Origin: Promethearchaeia archaeon
Lineage (GTDB): Archaea > Asgardarchaeota > Lokiarchaeia > Sigyniarchaeales > SOKP01
Direction: 5' to 3'
DNA length: 64,000 nt
Assembly (NCBI GenBank): GCA_029856145.1
Contig: JAHQWK010000028.1
Span: 1 to 64,000 of the forward strand
A model generated the notes under the pieces. It was not told where the DNA came from and searched no databases. It saw only the letters and a list, made by a program, of their open reading frames with translations. A program made the translations under genes and the position numbers. Shown one piece after another: positions 10,432 to 19,360 of the stretch (the first letter of the stretch is position 1; each line of letters starts with the position of its first letter).

Positions 10432-10538
10432 TTTCAATTTATTTTTATTTAACCTTTTTTTACGGTCATTTTGAGTTCATTTTAGAATTTGGGAGTCTTT
10501 ATTAACTTTAAAGTTTAAAAAATATGAGGAGAATAACC

Positions 10539-12029
10539 CTAATCCATTCCGAGCATCGCTCTCATGCCAGGATATTGTGCCGCAGCGAGCTCTTTCGAAA
10601 TTTGTTCGGCATATTGGTGAATAATACCTATTGCTATAAGAAGACCCGTGCCAGAAGTCAACGCTCCTAGACTGTCTGCTCCAAAACTTAAACATGCTAT
10701 AATAAATCCGTTTAGAATGACGAGAGTCGGTATGTACCTTTTAAGAATTCTTTCAATTATTTTTGCAGAGCTTCTAAATCCAGGGATTTGCATTTTTGAA
10801 TCTAATATTTGTTGAGCTATATCACGCGGCGCGAGTCCTGAAACCTCAACCCAGACACGGCCGAGCATCACACATAGAAATATAAATATCACTAGATAAA
10901 TAACAGCTCGAAGAGGATTTGCTGCTAATTCTCCAAGTCCTATTGGGGGCGTGAGTAAATATATTAATCCTCCTGTTGGAACAAGCTGAGTGCCTTGAAC
11001 TGCCCCCCCCGTTACAGGATTAAATACGCCTATTAAATCAACCCAGAAATCGGGGAACGGGCCTCCGTTAATTGCACGTAGCGCAGAGTCAGGTCCAGCA
11101 AATAATTGTCCAAAGAATAGAATATTTGCGTACAATGCATTGACTAAAATGACAGGAATGTTGGAAACATAAAGTAATTTCATTGGATATTTACTTTTAA
11201 AGCCTCGACTACCACGATATGCAAGTGGTATCTCAACACGTGTTGACTCGAACCAAATTACGATCAAGAATATAGCTATAGTAGTAATTATACCTAGTAG
11301 CGAGGGATAATTAGCTCGGGTAAAAAGTGCTCCCAGTTGACCCAAGTTGTCGGGGTTGGCATCAAACAATGCCGTAAAGAAGGCTATGACAATTCCTCTG
11401 GGTAAACCATCTCCTCCATCAGCCACACTAGGTGTAGGAACAAAACTAAAACAATTCCAAAAGATTTGTCCAGCAACACCTGCAGCTATGAATAAGGATA
11501 CACCACTTCCAAGCCCCCAACCTTTCTGGAGGACTTCATCTAGTAATATAATAATTATTCCTGCGAACAATAATTGGAAAAAAACAAAGAATCCTTCTGC
11601 AAGGCCTAAAGAACCAAAAGCTCCACCAAAAATATAAGCTGTAGCATTGAAGATTGTTAAAAATATAGCAAGGACTTTTTGAGCTCCGCTAAACATCGCT
11701 CTATCGTATGGATCTGCCATGTTCACGTTTATTATTCGGGAACCCAGAAGTAATTGCATAATAAGACCAGATGTTACTATTGGTCCTATACCTAATTCTG
11801 TTAACATTCCCCTTTGACTAGCAAGAATAACTCTTAACCAATAAAAATAATCTGTGGATTCTTCAATCTTTATTCCATATAGCGGAATATTACTCATGAT
11901 CAAGTAAATTATCAAGACTATAGCGGTCCAGATAAATTTCTCTTTAAAAGCAACTTCGCGTTGTGGCTGTTTAATTTCCGGCATCACCTTTACAAATGGA
12001 GTAAAGAATTTAAGGAATTTTCCAGCCAT
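10539..12029 (-). CDS. secY: Preprotein translocase SecY/Sec61alpha
   Basis: ELGIGPIVTSGLIMQLL, KGWGLGSGVSLFIAAGV, YPMKLLYVSNIPVIL, IPGFR motifs. Confidence 0.98.
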   Translation of the reverse strand: MAGKFLKFFTPFVKVMPEIKQPQREVAFKEKFIWTAIVLIIYLIMSNIPLYGIKIEESTDYFYWLRVILASQRGMLTELGIGPIVTSGLIMQLLLGSRIINVNMADPYDRAMFSGAQKVLAIFLTIFNATAYIFGGAFGSLGLAEGFFVFFQLLFAGIIIILLDEVLQKGWGLGSGVSLFIAAGVAGQIFWNCFSFVPTPSVADGGDGLPRGIVIAFFTALFDANPDNLGQLGALFTRANYPSLLGIITTIAIFLIVIWFESTRVEIPLAYRGSRGFKSKYPMKLLYVSNIPVILVNALYANILFFGQLFAGPDSALRAINGGPFPDFWVDLIGVFNPVTGGAVQGTQLVPTGGLIYLLTPPIGLGELAANPLRAVIYLVIFIFLCVMLGRVWVEVSGLAPRDIAQQILDSKMQIPGFRSSAKIIERILKRYIPTLVILNGFIIACLSFGADSLGALTSGTGLLIAIGIIHQYAEQISKELAAAQYPGMRAMLGMD

Positions 12030-12341
12030 TTTTAATCAGGTCTATTAGTTTTTTCGATTACTCTATTTTAAATCTTCTTGAAATATTTTCAAATTTTAAA
12101 AATTGAAATGTAATTTAAAAAAAAATAGAATTTAAAAAAAAGTTTGCGATTTAGAGAGACATTTGATATGATAATGATTCAAACTATTATTAAAGAATTA
12201 TAAAATGTAAAAAAAGTAAATAAAAAAATTAATATATCCTTTAGGTTGAAAACCTAGTTAATACACGAAAACGATCTCATTGATTAAGATAACCCTCATT
12301 AACAACCAACTTCATAGAGATTGACGATCTATGCATTCTGG

Positions 12342-12635
12342 TTAAAATAATGAGCCAATCCCTGTAGGTTCCTCTTCTTCTTTAGCTTCCTCTTTTTTCT
12401 TCTTTTCTCCTTTTTTCTTCTCAGCAGTACCTCCTGCTGGAGCAGCAGTTACAGGTATAGTGCTAGCAGATTTTATAATATCCTCAATCTTTGTTCCTTT
12501 TAGACCAGCAATTAGTTTTGTGATTTCTGTTTTATCAACTTTCGCACCTGCGGCAGTTAATACCTTTTCTACGTTTGCTTCGGTAATTTTACCTCCAGTT
12601 TTATGGAGTAATAAAGCTGCATAAATACTTTCCAT
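12342..12635 (-). CDS. rpl12p: Ribosomal stalk protein P1/L12p
   Basis: MESIYAALLLH...EEEEPTGIGSLF. Confidence 0.97.
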   Translation of the reverse strand: MESIYAALLLHKTGGKITEANVEKVLTAAGAKVDKTEITKLIAGLKGTKIEDIIKSASTIPVTAAPAGGTAEKKKGEKKKKEEAKEEEEPTGIGSLF

Positions 12636-12712
12636 ATTATCTAACCTCTTTTTTATTTTTTTATCATTATATTTGTAATTTTAATTGAAATTTAAAAAAA
12701 AATCTTAATTTT

Positions 12713-13606
12713 CTATCCAAACAATCCTCCAATACCAACATCTTCCTTTTCTTCTTCCTTTTCAGGTTCTTTTTCTTCGACTTTAGGCTTTTCTTTCTTT
12801 ATTTGAACTTGGATTCCTTCCCCGAAAATAATAGAATTTAATACACTAGCTTCAGAAGCAGCTTTTCGAATATAATCCTCTTTCATATCTTCCAAGAAGA
12901 ATGGCATCTCGAATAAAATTGCAAGTGCTTCTCTATAAGCTGTAGCAACGTCTTGTTCAAATTTTTCTATATCCATGTATAATATTTCCTCAGGTATTAT
13001 TTCACCATCACACCATGCAAAGTGAATTTTAATTAAGGATTCTATTGGTGTAATTCCTAATTTTTTCAAAACTGCTGCTTGTTTAACATTAACTAAATCA
13101 CCAGTTTTATGTGTTCTTGTATCTTCTCGAATATATATAGTATCATTCATAATTCTCGTTGGCAATCGTAAAGTCATGTTTAATTCACTAATAACTTGTC
13201 CTGTTGGTAAACCTGTATCTCCCGCGGGGACCCAAATATCTACAGGGGTGATTTCGTTTGGCTTTGCTGGAACCATCCACTCATTTTTCATAAAGATCTT
13301 CTTTAATTCAAATAGATCAAGATTAGTAAAAACAAGACTTGATTGACCTGGGATGTGATCTGCTAATTCATCTAAACTTTTCTTTTTGGCTTCACTTTTA
13401 TATTGTTCTATTGCGCGGAGTTGAAGTGATTTTTTGGACATTCTGAATACTGCTTTTCCTCTTAAAATTTTACGCATAGTTTGAATTTGCATATCATTAA
13501 TATGTGCAACTTCAATAACAATAATATTTTTGTAATTTCTAAATAAATCAACTAAATGATTAATTTCATCAATTTTCCATTGTGGTATATGTTTATTTTT
13601 AATCAT
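12713..13606 (-). CDS. rpl10: Ribosomal protein uL10/P0
   Basis: IPQWKIDE, VPAGDTGLPTG, C-terminal GIGGLFG; operon context. Confidence 0.97.
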   Translation of the reverse strand: MIKNKHIPQWKIDEINHLVDLFRNYKNIIVIEVAHINDMQIQTMRKILRGKAVFRMSKKSLQLRAIEQYKSEAKKKSLDELADHIPGQSSLVFTNLDLFELKKIFMKNEWMVPAKPNEITPVDIWVPAGDTGLPTGQVISELNMTLRLPTRIMNDTIYIREDTRTHKTGDLVNVKQAAVLKKLGITPIESLIKIHFAWCDGEIIPEEILYMDIEKFEQDVATAYREALAILFEMPFFLEDMKEDYIRKAASEASVLNSIIFGEGIQVQIKKEKPKVEEKEPEKEEEKEDVGIGGLFG

Positions 13607-13610
13607 AAGT

Positions 13611-14339
13611 TCACACCTCGATAGTTTTTAGGAATTCTTCTGTTACATTTACAGATTTTCCCATTGTAGATTTAAGATACATCGATTTAAAATTATTGAA
13701 CCTATGAGGCATTTGATCTGCTATGAAATTTACGATAGTCTTCATGTTTTCAAATAATTTGTCTATACTCATAGTTTTCTTACCAATCTTAGCGAAAATA
13801 ATAGGTTGTTTTTTCATTTGAATTCTAATGATTTTTTTATATCGTTCATAAGCTGTTTTTAAATCTTCAGGACTAGAAATAATTCCATATCCCGTAGGGA
13901 AAGGTTTTGGCATTTTACCAACAGGTCCAAGAAATCTTGCTAAATATCGAGCAACATCTCTCATCATTTTATCTTCTACAACAAAGTAATCATATTTTTT
14001 AGCAAATTTTTTCTTGGATTTTTTCTCTTCACTATTTAATTTAACCAAACCGTCTGAATCGATAGTATCAACCCCTAGTTTTTTTGCTTCTAGTAATATC
14101 TCATCAGACGCAATCACACAAATATTTGGTTTATCATTCGTAACTATTTCATTCGATAAGATAATCTCTTTATCAATTCGGTTTTTTGGATCATTTAAGT
14201 TAACATCTTTAATATTGATGATAAGATCAATGGACTCATCAAATTTTCTTACTTTATCTTTAAAGCCTTCTTTTTTTATTACTGAAAAATCAATAGCAGC
14301 ATCTAATGATCTTCTTAATAATTTATCATCTACTTTCAA
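13611..14339 (-). CDS. rpl1: Ribosomal protein uL1
   Basis: RKFDESIDL, LGPVGKMPKP, KSTMGKS. Confidence 0.97.
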   Translation of the reverse strand: MKVDDKLLRRSLDAAIDFSVIKKEGFKDKVRKFDESIDLIINIKDVNLNDPKNRIDKEIILSNEIVTNDKPNICVIASDEILLEAKKLGVDTIDSDGLVKLNSEEKKSKKKFAKKYDYFVVEDKMMRDVARYLARFLGPVGKMPKPFPTGYGIISSPEDLKTAYERYKKIIRIQMKKQPIIFAKIGKKTMSIDKLFENMKTIVNFIADQMPHRFNNFKSMYLKSTMGKSVNVTEEFLKTIEV

Positions 14340-14345
14340 ATTCTA

Positions 14346-14868
14346 TTATTCACCTCTTATTTTATCGTCATATTGTCCATTATCAATTCGCTTTTGGATG
14401 ATCCTAGGATCTTCTCCTTCTACTGTTAGTCCTACTGATAATGCTGTTCCTAACACTGTCTTTACAGCTGTTTTATATGTCTTATCTAAAAATTTCTCTC
14501 TTTTGCCATCAACTACATTCTGAATTTGGTCAAGTGTCAAATTCCCAATTATTTGTTCTGAAGTGGCAGAAGTTCCTTTTTCAGCACCAACTTCTTTAAG
14601 TAATAATGATGCTGTAGAAGGTGTTTCAATGAATATTTCAAACTGTTTTGTTTCTGTATCACATTCAATTCTAACCGGTACAGTTAACCCCTTAAAGACC
14701 ATTGTCTGTTTATTGATCTCGTCTACTACATCTTTAATGTATGCATCGAAAATCGAAATAATTTTCGTTTATGCCAGTAGGTCCAACAGTAGGTCCAATT
14801 GGCGGGCCACCTGACGCACTTCCTCCGGTCACAAGAGCCTTTACAACAACTTTTCCTTTTTCACTCAC
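14346..14868 (-). CDS. rpl11: Ribosomal protein uL11, split gene: exon 1 14868-14769, exon 2 14740-14346 (164 aa spliced)
   Basis: GTG start after GGTGA; exon 1 encodes ...VTGGSASGGPPIGPTVGPTGI; exon 2 continues NIKDVVDEINKQTMVFKGLTVPV... The ORF track only caught 14346-14702. Confidence 0.95.
14741..14768 (-). other. 28-nt bulge-helix-bulge mRNA intron in uL11
   Basis: GCAU/AUGC 4-bp central helix, 3-nt bulges AAA and AUA, inner stem CGAAAAU/AUUUUCG; removal at canonical sites restores the frame. Confidence 0.88.
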
Positions 14869-14920
14869 ATACTCTCACCGTTTAATTTTTCTTATTATAA
14901 TTCAAAAAATATTCCTAAGG

Positions 14921-14996
14921 TTAAGAACGCGAAATTTTTATGAATAACTTATTCAATATCTATTATATATTGAAACCGCTTTAATTTGCGTCCTAA
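14921..14996 (-). promoter_or_regulatory. Long imperfect hairpin/palindrome upstream of uL11 operon
   Basis: UUAGGACGCAAAUU pairs with AAUUUCGCGUUCUUAA, enclosing the perfect IR TTCAATAT-N7-ATATTGAA. Confidence 0.35.
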
Positions 14997-15114
14997 GTTT
15001 CTTAGAAAAATATTGTTTTGAACTTAGTGTGATTTAGAATAAAACAACATTAAAAAATTTTATTAAAATTATTCAGTTTTGGAGTCTACAACAGAGTGGT
15101 ATAATTTTAGAAAT

Positions 15115-15702
15115 TTAAAACCATTTGACAATATAATTACATTGATTATCTCCATTATTCCTACAAAGTCCTGAATCATCATGCTCAACTCGTAGAAACT
15201 TTGAATTTTTTGGAACAAAAATTCTTGCTGTATTTGTAATTATCCCTCTATCAAAATCACACGGATAAGAGTTATTACATATCATTTTTACTTCTTTATC
15301 ATCAATTTTTTCAAACCTATAATGACCAATTCCTTCTTTCATAGTTCCTGTTTCCGGATCATAAAGAATTTTATCCTCTATTCTATGACTCATGTGAAAA
15401 GCAATATCTATAGATGCCAGAGCCTTTTCGATACTGTCAAATTCTCGTGGCCACTTTGTATTCTCAGAAATTTTATTTCCTACTACATAAAGTGTATTTG
15501 GCCCAAAGACTTCAAATATTGTTTTAAATGCATCTAACCAGTTTTGTTGAGGATACCATTTATCTTTTTGAGGATTTTCAATATTATTATCAATTAAAAT
15601 TTGTAATATTCTTTCCTTGACAGTAGGTAATCCTTCAACCATTCCTAATATAGACTTTCCACTAACTTCTACTTTTGGATTAATTACTTTAAATTGCACC
15701 AA
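15115..15702 (-). CDS. V4R/H-NOX-like small-ligand sensor domain protein
   Basis: WYPQQNWLDAF, SIDIAFHMSHR, YPCDFDRGII...CR...C.Y.V.W pattern. Confidence 0.65.
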   Translation of the reverse strand: MVQFKVINPKVEVSGKSILGMVEGLPTVKERILQILIDNNIENPQKDKWYPQQNWLDAFKTIFEVFGPNTLYVVGNKISENTKWPREFDSIEKALASIDIAFHMSHRIEDKILYDPETGTMKEGIGHYRFEKIDDKEVKMICNNSYPCDFDRGIITNTARIFVPKNSKFLRVEHDDSGLCRNNGDNQCNYIVKWF

Positions 15703-15846
15703 ACTTTTTCACAAAATTAAAATGACTTATAAGTAATATGGATATAGAAATATTTCATTTACTTATAATTTGAATTTTAAATTACTTTTTCGTAGCAACC
15801 TCTTAAACAATATTTTCAATTACAAGAAAAAAAAAATTAAAAAAAA

Positions 15847-16032
15847 TTAAAATCTACAACAAAGACTACGTCCATGATCAAGATTATATTTGAAATATTC
15901 CTCAGATAATGTTTTCATAACTGTATCATAATCCAAATTTACTTCTTTAGATATGTCCTCAATCCCAATACCAGGTGTTGAGATTAATTCACAGATTTTT
16001 TTCTTAACTTCTTCGCTAACTTCTATACTCAT
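15847..16032 (-). CDS. Small HTH-like protein
   Basis: IEDISKEVNLDYDTVMKTL HTH pattern, C-terminal CC. Confidence 0.55.
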   Translation of the reverse strand: MSIEVSEEVKKKICELISTPGIGIEDISKEVNLDYDTVMKTLSEEYFKYNLDHGRSLCCRF

Positions 16033-16064
16033 TATAATTAATTAATAGTTTTTATTAAAAAATT

Positions 16065-17207
16065 TTAACTAGTAAATTTGATCATTTCATCAATTATTTT
16101 ATAATTTGGTAATATTAAATCTGCAGCACCTGTTTCAGCAGCAACTTTTGGCATTCCATATAGTACGCTTGTATCTTTTGACTCCGCTATTGTCTTTCCA
16201 CCTCTGGATTTAATCGCTTTGAGTCCATCTACTCCATCTCTTCCCATTCCAGTTAATAAAATGCCAAGTGTTTTTTCTTTATATACTCTTGCTGTTGAAT
16301 AAAACAACACATCTACAGAAGGTCTACAGAAATTTACGGGTTCTCCTTCATACGTTCTTACACAAGGTTTATTATCTTTAGCAGTAACTTGCATGTGTTT
16401 ATCTCCTGGTGAGAGATATATTGTTCCAGATTTTATCTCTTCATAATTTAATCCAATTTTTACGTTAACTTTACAAATATTTTTTAAAGACGTGGCAAAT
16501 TGTCGCATGAAAAGATGGTTTAGATGTTGTACGACTAAAACGGGTGCTGGAAAATCTCGAGGGACATCACTTAAGATTGTTCTTAAAGTTCTCGGACCAC
16601 CTACACTGGCACCAATTACTATGATTTTTGTAGACACCTTCGTAATAGTAATTGGAGTAAGGTCTAAAAAATAATCTTCTGATCTATGCTCTATTGATGA
16701 TTCTAATATTTTATTAAATTGGACTTCTGGCTTTATTTTTACTTTTTGGCTTTGCTGAATAAAAATTTGTTTATTTAAAAAACGTATCTTGTTATCAATT
16801 TTATTATTTTTTCCAATATCTGCTAGAATCACTTTTGATATTAATTTATCTCCAATAGTTGGAAGTACATCCTTCCAAACGCCGATAGGTTTAACAATAT
16901 AATCATAAGATTTTAGAACGAGAGGAACTTCAAGAGAATCCATATTTTTAGGATCTACATCTGTCAATACAATAGTAGTTATGTTGAATTGTTTTATTAT
17001 AAAATTAAAAGGTGTTAGCCAATCTTTATTTTCATATTCGATATCGAGAATTAAAACATCAGGATTCTTACTTTTTATGATATTAATAGATTCTTGTCCA
17101 TTTCGTGCAACATCTGCTATTCTTATCCCTTTATGAGGAGAAAGCATATCAGATAATAAAGTTCTACGGTAGGCGGATTGAGAAGCTATTAATACAGTTT
17201 TTAGCAT
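16065..17207 (-). CDS. cheB: Chemotaxis methylesterase CheB (REC + methylesterase)
   Basis: GASVGGP, VVQH, RPSVDVLF, LTGMGRDG, VLYGMP. Confidence 0.95.
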   Translation of the reverse strand: MLKTVLIASQSAYRRTLLSDMLSPHKGIRIADVARNGQESINIIKSKNPDVLILDIEYENKDWLTPFNFIIKQFNITTIVLTDVDPKNMDSLEVPLVLKSYDYIVKPIGVWKDVLPTIGDKLISKVILADIGKNNKIDNKIRFLNKQIFIQQSQKVKIKPEVQFNKILESSIEHRSEDYFLDLTPITITKVSTKIIVIGASVGGPRTLRTILSDVPRDFPAPVLVVQHLNHLFMRQFATSLKNICKVNVKIGLNYEEIKSGTIYLSPGDKHMQVTAKDNKPCVRTYEGEPVNFCRPSVDVLFYSTARVYKEKTLGILLTGMGRDGVDGLKAIKSRGGKTIAESKDTSVLYGMPKVAAETGAADLILPNYKIIDEMIKFTS

Positions 17208-17316
17208 TATTTTTCTCGTTGTCTTCTACTGAAAATAATGAAATTTCTTGTTTATATATATTCTGGTAATAAAACTAAATTGAAATTAAAAAGAATCAAA
17301 TAATTATTACTTAAAA

Positions 17317-18012
17317 TCATTCTTCCAGAATAACTTTATGTGTGATTTTTCCTATTTGTTCTATTGACGCTTCAATAAGATCTCTTGGTTGGATTGGGCC
17401 TACTCCGCTTGGTGTGCCTGTTGCTATAATATCGCCAGGGACTAATGTAATAAACTTAGATAGAAAAGCCAAAGTTTCAGGAATTTTGAAGATCAAATAT
17501 TTTGTATTTGAATGTTGACGAACTTCCCCGTTTATCTTCAATTGAAGTTCCAAATTATGAGGATCTTCAATCTCACTACAAGGAGTTATTCTTGGGCCTA
17601 TAGGTCCAAATGTATCGAAATTTTTGCTTCTGTACCATGGTAAGTTAATATTTCTATCACTTATCTGCATTTTCCTAGCAGTAATGTCAAGAAAAATAGT
17701 ATAACCTTCAATATATTCATATGCATGCTCACTTTGAATATTTTTACATGTCTTTGATACAATAAAAGCCAATTCTACTTCATGATCCACTCGATTATAT
17801 TCTTGCGTATTGTAAAGTAATTTAGGATAAATTATTGGATTCCCATTAGTTACCAATGTATTTAATGTCTTTACAAAAAAAATTGGTTCTTTTGGAATCT
17901 TTGCTTTCATTTCTTTTGCATGTTCCACATAATTTCGTCCTAAGCATATAATTTTTGTTGGTTTTATACTATGATCTCCAAGCTTCATACTTTTTCTCTT
18001 ATTTAGGTACAA
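17317..18012 (-). CDS. Fumarylacetoacetate hydrolase family protein
   Basis: KIICLGRNYVEHAKEM, DHEVELA, KNFDTFGPIGP, GDIIATGTPSGVG. Confidence 0.95.
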   Translation of the reverse strand: MYLNKRKSMKLGDHSIKPTKIICLGRNYVEHAKEMKAKIPKEPIFFVKTLNTLVTNGNPIIYPKLLYNTQEYNRVDHEVELAFIVSKTCKNIQSEHAYEYIEGYTIFLDITARKMQISDRNINLPWYRSKNFDTFGPIGPRITPCSEIEDPHNLELQLKINGEVRQHSNTKYLIFKIPETLAFLSKFITLVPGDIIATGTPSGVGPIQPRDLIEASIEQIGKITHKVILEE

Positions 18013-18113
18013 TTTTTAAATTAATTTAAAATATGATTAAACTTTAAAGAAATTTATCTTTCAGATTATTGTAAACTAAATGGAAAAATAGATATCTCAA
18101 AGAGTAGAAAAAA

Positions 18114-18683
18114 ATGAATGAAACAAATTCTAATACAAAACTGGATGAAAAAAAAGGGAAATCTCTAATTCAAACTAATCTAACAAAAAGAGTAGCAACA
18201 GCTGCTATATTTATAGCCGTTGGGATTGTATTAGCATTTTTCAATCCTTTTGCCTTTGTTGAAATTTTAGGAGGCCCTAAAATTTTTCCTATGGCGCATT
18301 TTATTAATGCTATAACTGGTGTTCTAATAGGCTTAACTTTCGCATGTACAACTTCCCTAGGTATTGCTATTTTTAGATATCCTCTAGGAATTGGTTCAAT
18401 TCATGCTTTTCATGGAGGTATCTCAGGCGCCTTAATTGTTGGAATCATGGCTTATATTTTACGGAAAAAAAAACCTGATTATGTAGAATATGCTGCTTTA
18501 ACAGATCCAATAGGGACGGTATTTATCGCAGCAACAATCGCTAATTTAATTTCACCAGTTAATCTCTTCTATTGGTGGGGATTATTCGCGGCTTCAAGTA
18601 TACCTGGCTGTATTTTAGGCTTTCTGATGTTGAAATTTCTGAAGCGTCAAGGATTTTCCTGGACGGATTTTTTTCAAAAATAA
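18114..18683 (+). CDS. thiW: ECF transporter S component, ThiW family
   Basis: PMAHFINAITGVLIG, GSIHAFHG, DPIGT, SSIPG. Confidence 0.8.
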   Translation: MNETNSNTKLDEKKGKSLIQTNLTKRVATAAIFIAVGIVLAFFNPFAFVEILGGPKIFPMAHFINAITGVLIGLTFACTTSLGIAIFRYPLGIGSIHAFHGGISGALIVGIMAYILRKKKPDYVEYAALTDPIGTVFIAATIANLISPVNLFYWWGLFAASSIPGCILGFLMLKFLKRQGFSWTDFFQK

Positions 18684-18695
18684 TATTTTTGGCTT

Positions 18696-19283
18696 ATGTT
18701 ATTTCTAAATAATTTTAACTTTGAAAATTGTATTGGAAATCACACTCTCTTATATGGAGAAACTGATACAAAAAAGACTTATTACACTGCTAAATTTGTC
18801 CAATTTCTAATAGAAACAAAAAAAATGAATCCAAAGGAAATTAGTATTTTAGATTTTGCCCCTCCAAATGAATGGATTAATAATATTAAAATTGGAGGTA
18901 AAATCGTGGATTTTTATGAAAATAGTATTATCTGCAATAATTTTTACTTTAAAGGAGATATCATTCCACCTCGCCTTAATGCAAGAAATAAGAAAGAACT
19001 TTATAAAAATGCATGTAAGAATTTTAAAAAAACTTTCAATATATTAAAGATTTTCTCTAAAAAACCAACAAAAATATTAATTATTAATGATATATCTATT
19101 TATCTTCACATAGGAAATAAAAAACTATTATTAGATTCAATAAAAAGATCAAATACCTTTTTTGGGAATTCATACTATGGTTCTTCTATAAAAAGCGATT
19201 TTAATAATGTATTTAGCTTAAGGGAAAAGCGATTAGTTGAATATTTTTCTAAAAAGATAGAATATTCATATTTTACAGGATAG
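18696..19283 (+). CDS. P-loop-like protein with atypical Walker A
   Basis: TLLYGETDTKKT, ILDFAP, LIINDISIYLH, NSYYG. Confidence 0.6.
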   Translation: MLFLNNFNFENCIGNHTLLYGETDTKKTYYTAKFVQFLIETKKMNPKEISILDFAPPNEWINNIKIGGKIVDFYENSIICNNFYFKGDIIPPRLNARNKKELYKNACKNFKKTFNILKIFSKKPTKILIINDISIYLHIGNKKLLLDSIKRSNTFFGNSYYGSSIKSDFNNVFSLREKRLVEYFSKKIEYSYFTG

Positions 19284-19360
19284 AAATATTAATATCTTTT
19301 AGGACAAAATAATTTTAATTAATGCCCTATTTAATTATCTACAAATTAAAATAGAATTTT

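Noticed and set aside
540-10538. Integrase/transposase or att/terminal repeats for the island
   Set aside because: None recognisable by eye, so element boundaries and mobility remain unproven
11042-11054. CCCGAUUUCUGGG hairpin in secY with an AUUUC loop, considered as a third intron
   Set aside because: No 4-bp central helix or bulges flank it, and the frame is uninterrupted (encodes PDFW)
14775-14798. 12-bp tandem repeat CAGTAGGTCCAA x2 next to the intron, considered as a target-site duplication
   Set aside because: It lies wholly in exon 1 and simply encodes the conserved GPxxGPxG motif of uL11
14346-14868. uL11 as a simple pseudogene, sequencing frameshift or programmed ribosomal frameshift
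   Set aside because: The disruption is a 28-nt insert with exact BHB geometry whose canonical cut sites restore the conserved sequence. Both exons are otherwise intact, and a frameshift would leave about 9 extra residues.
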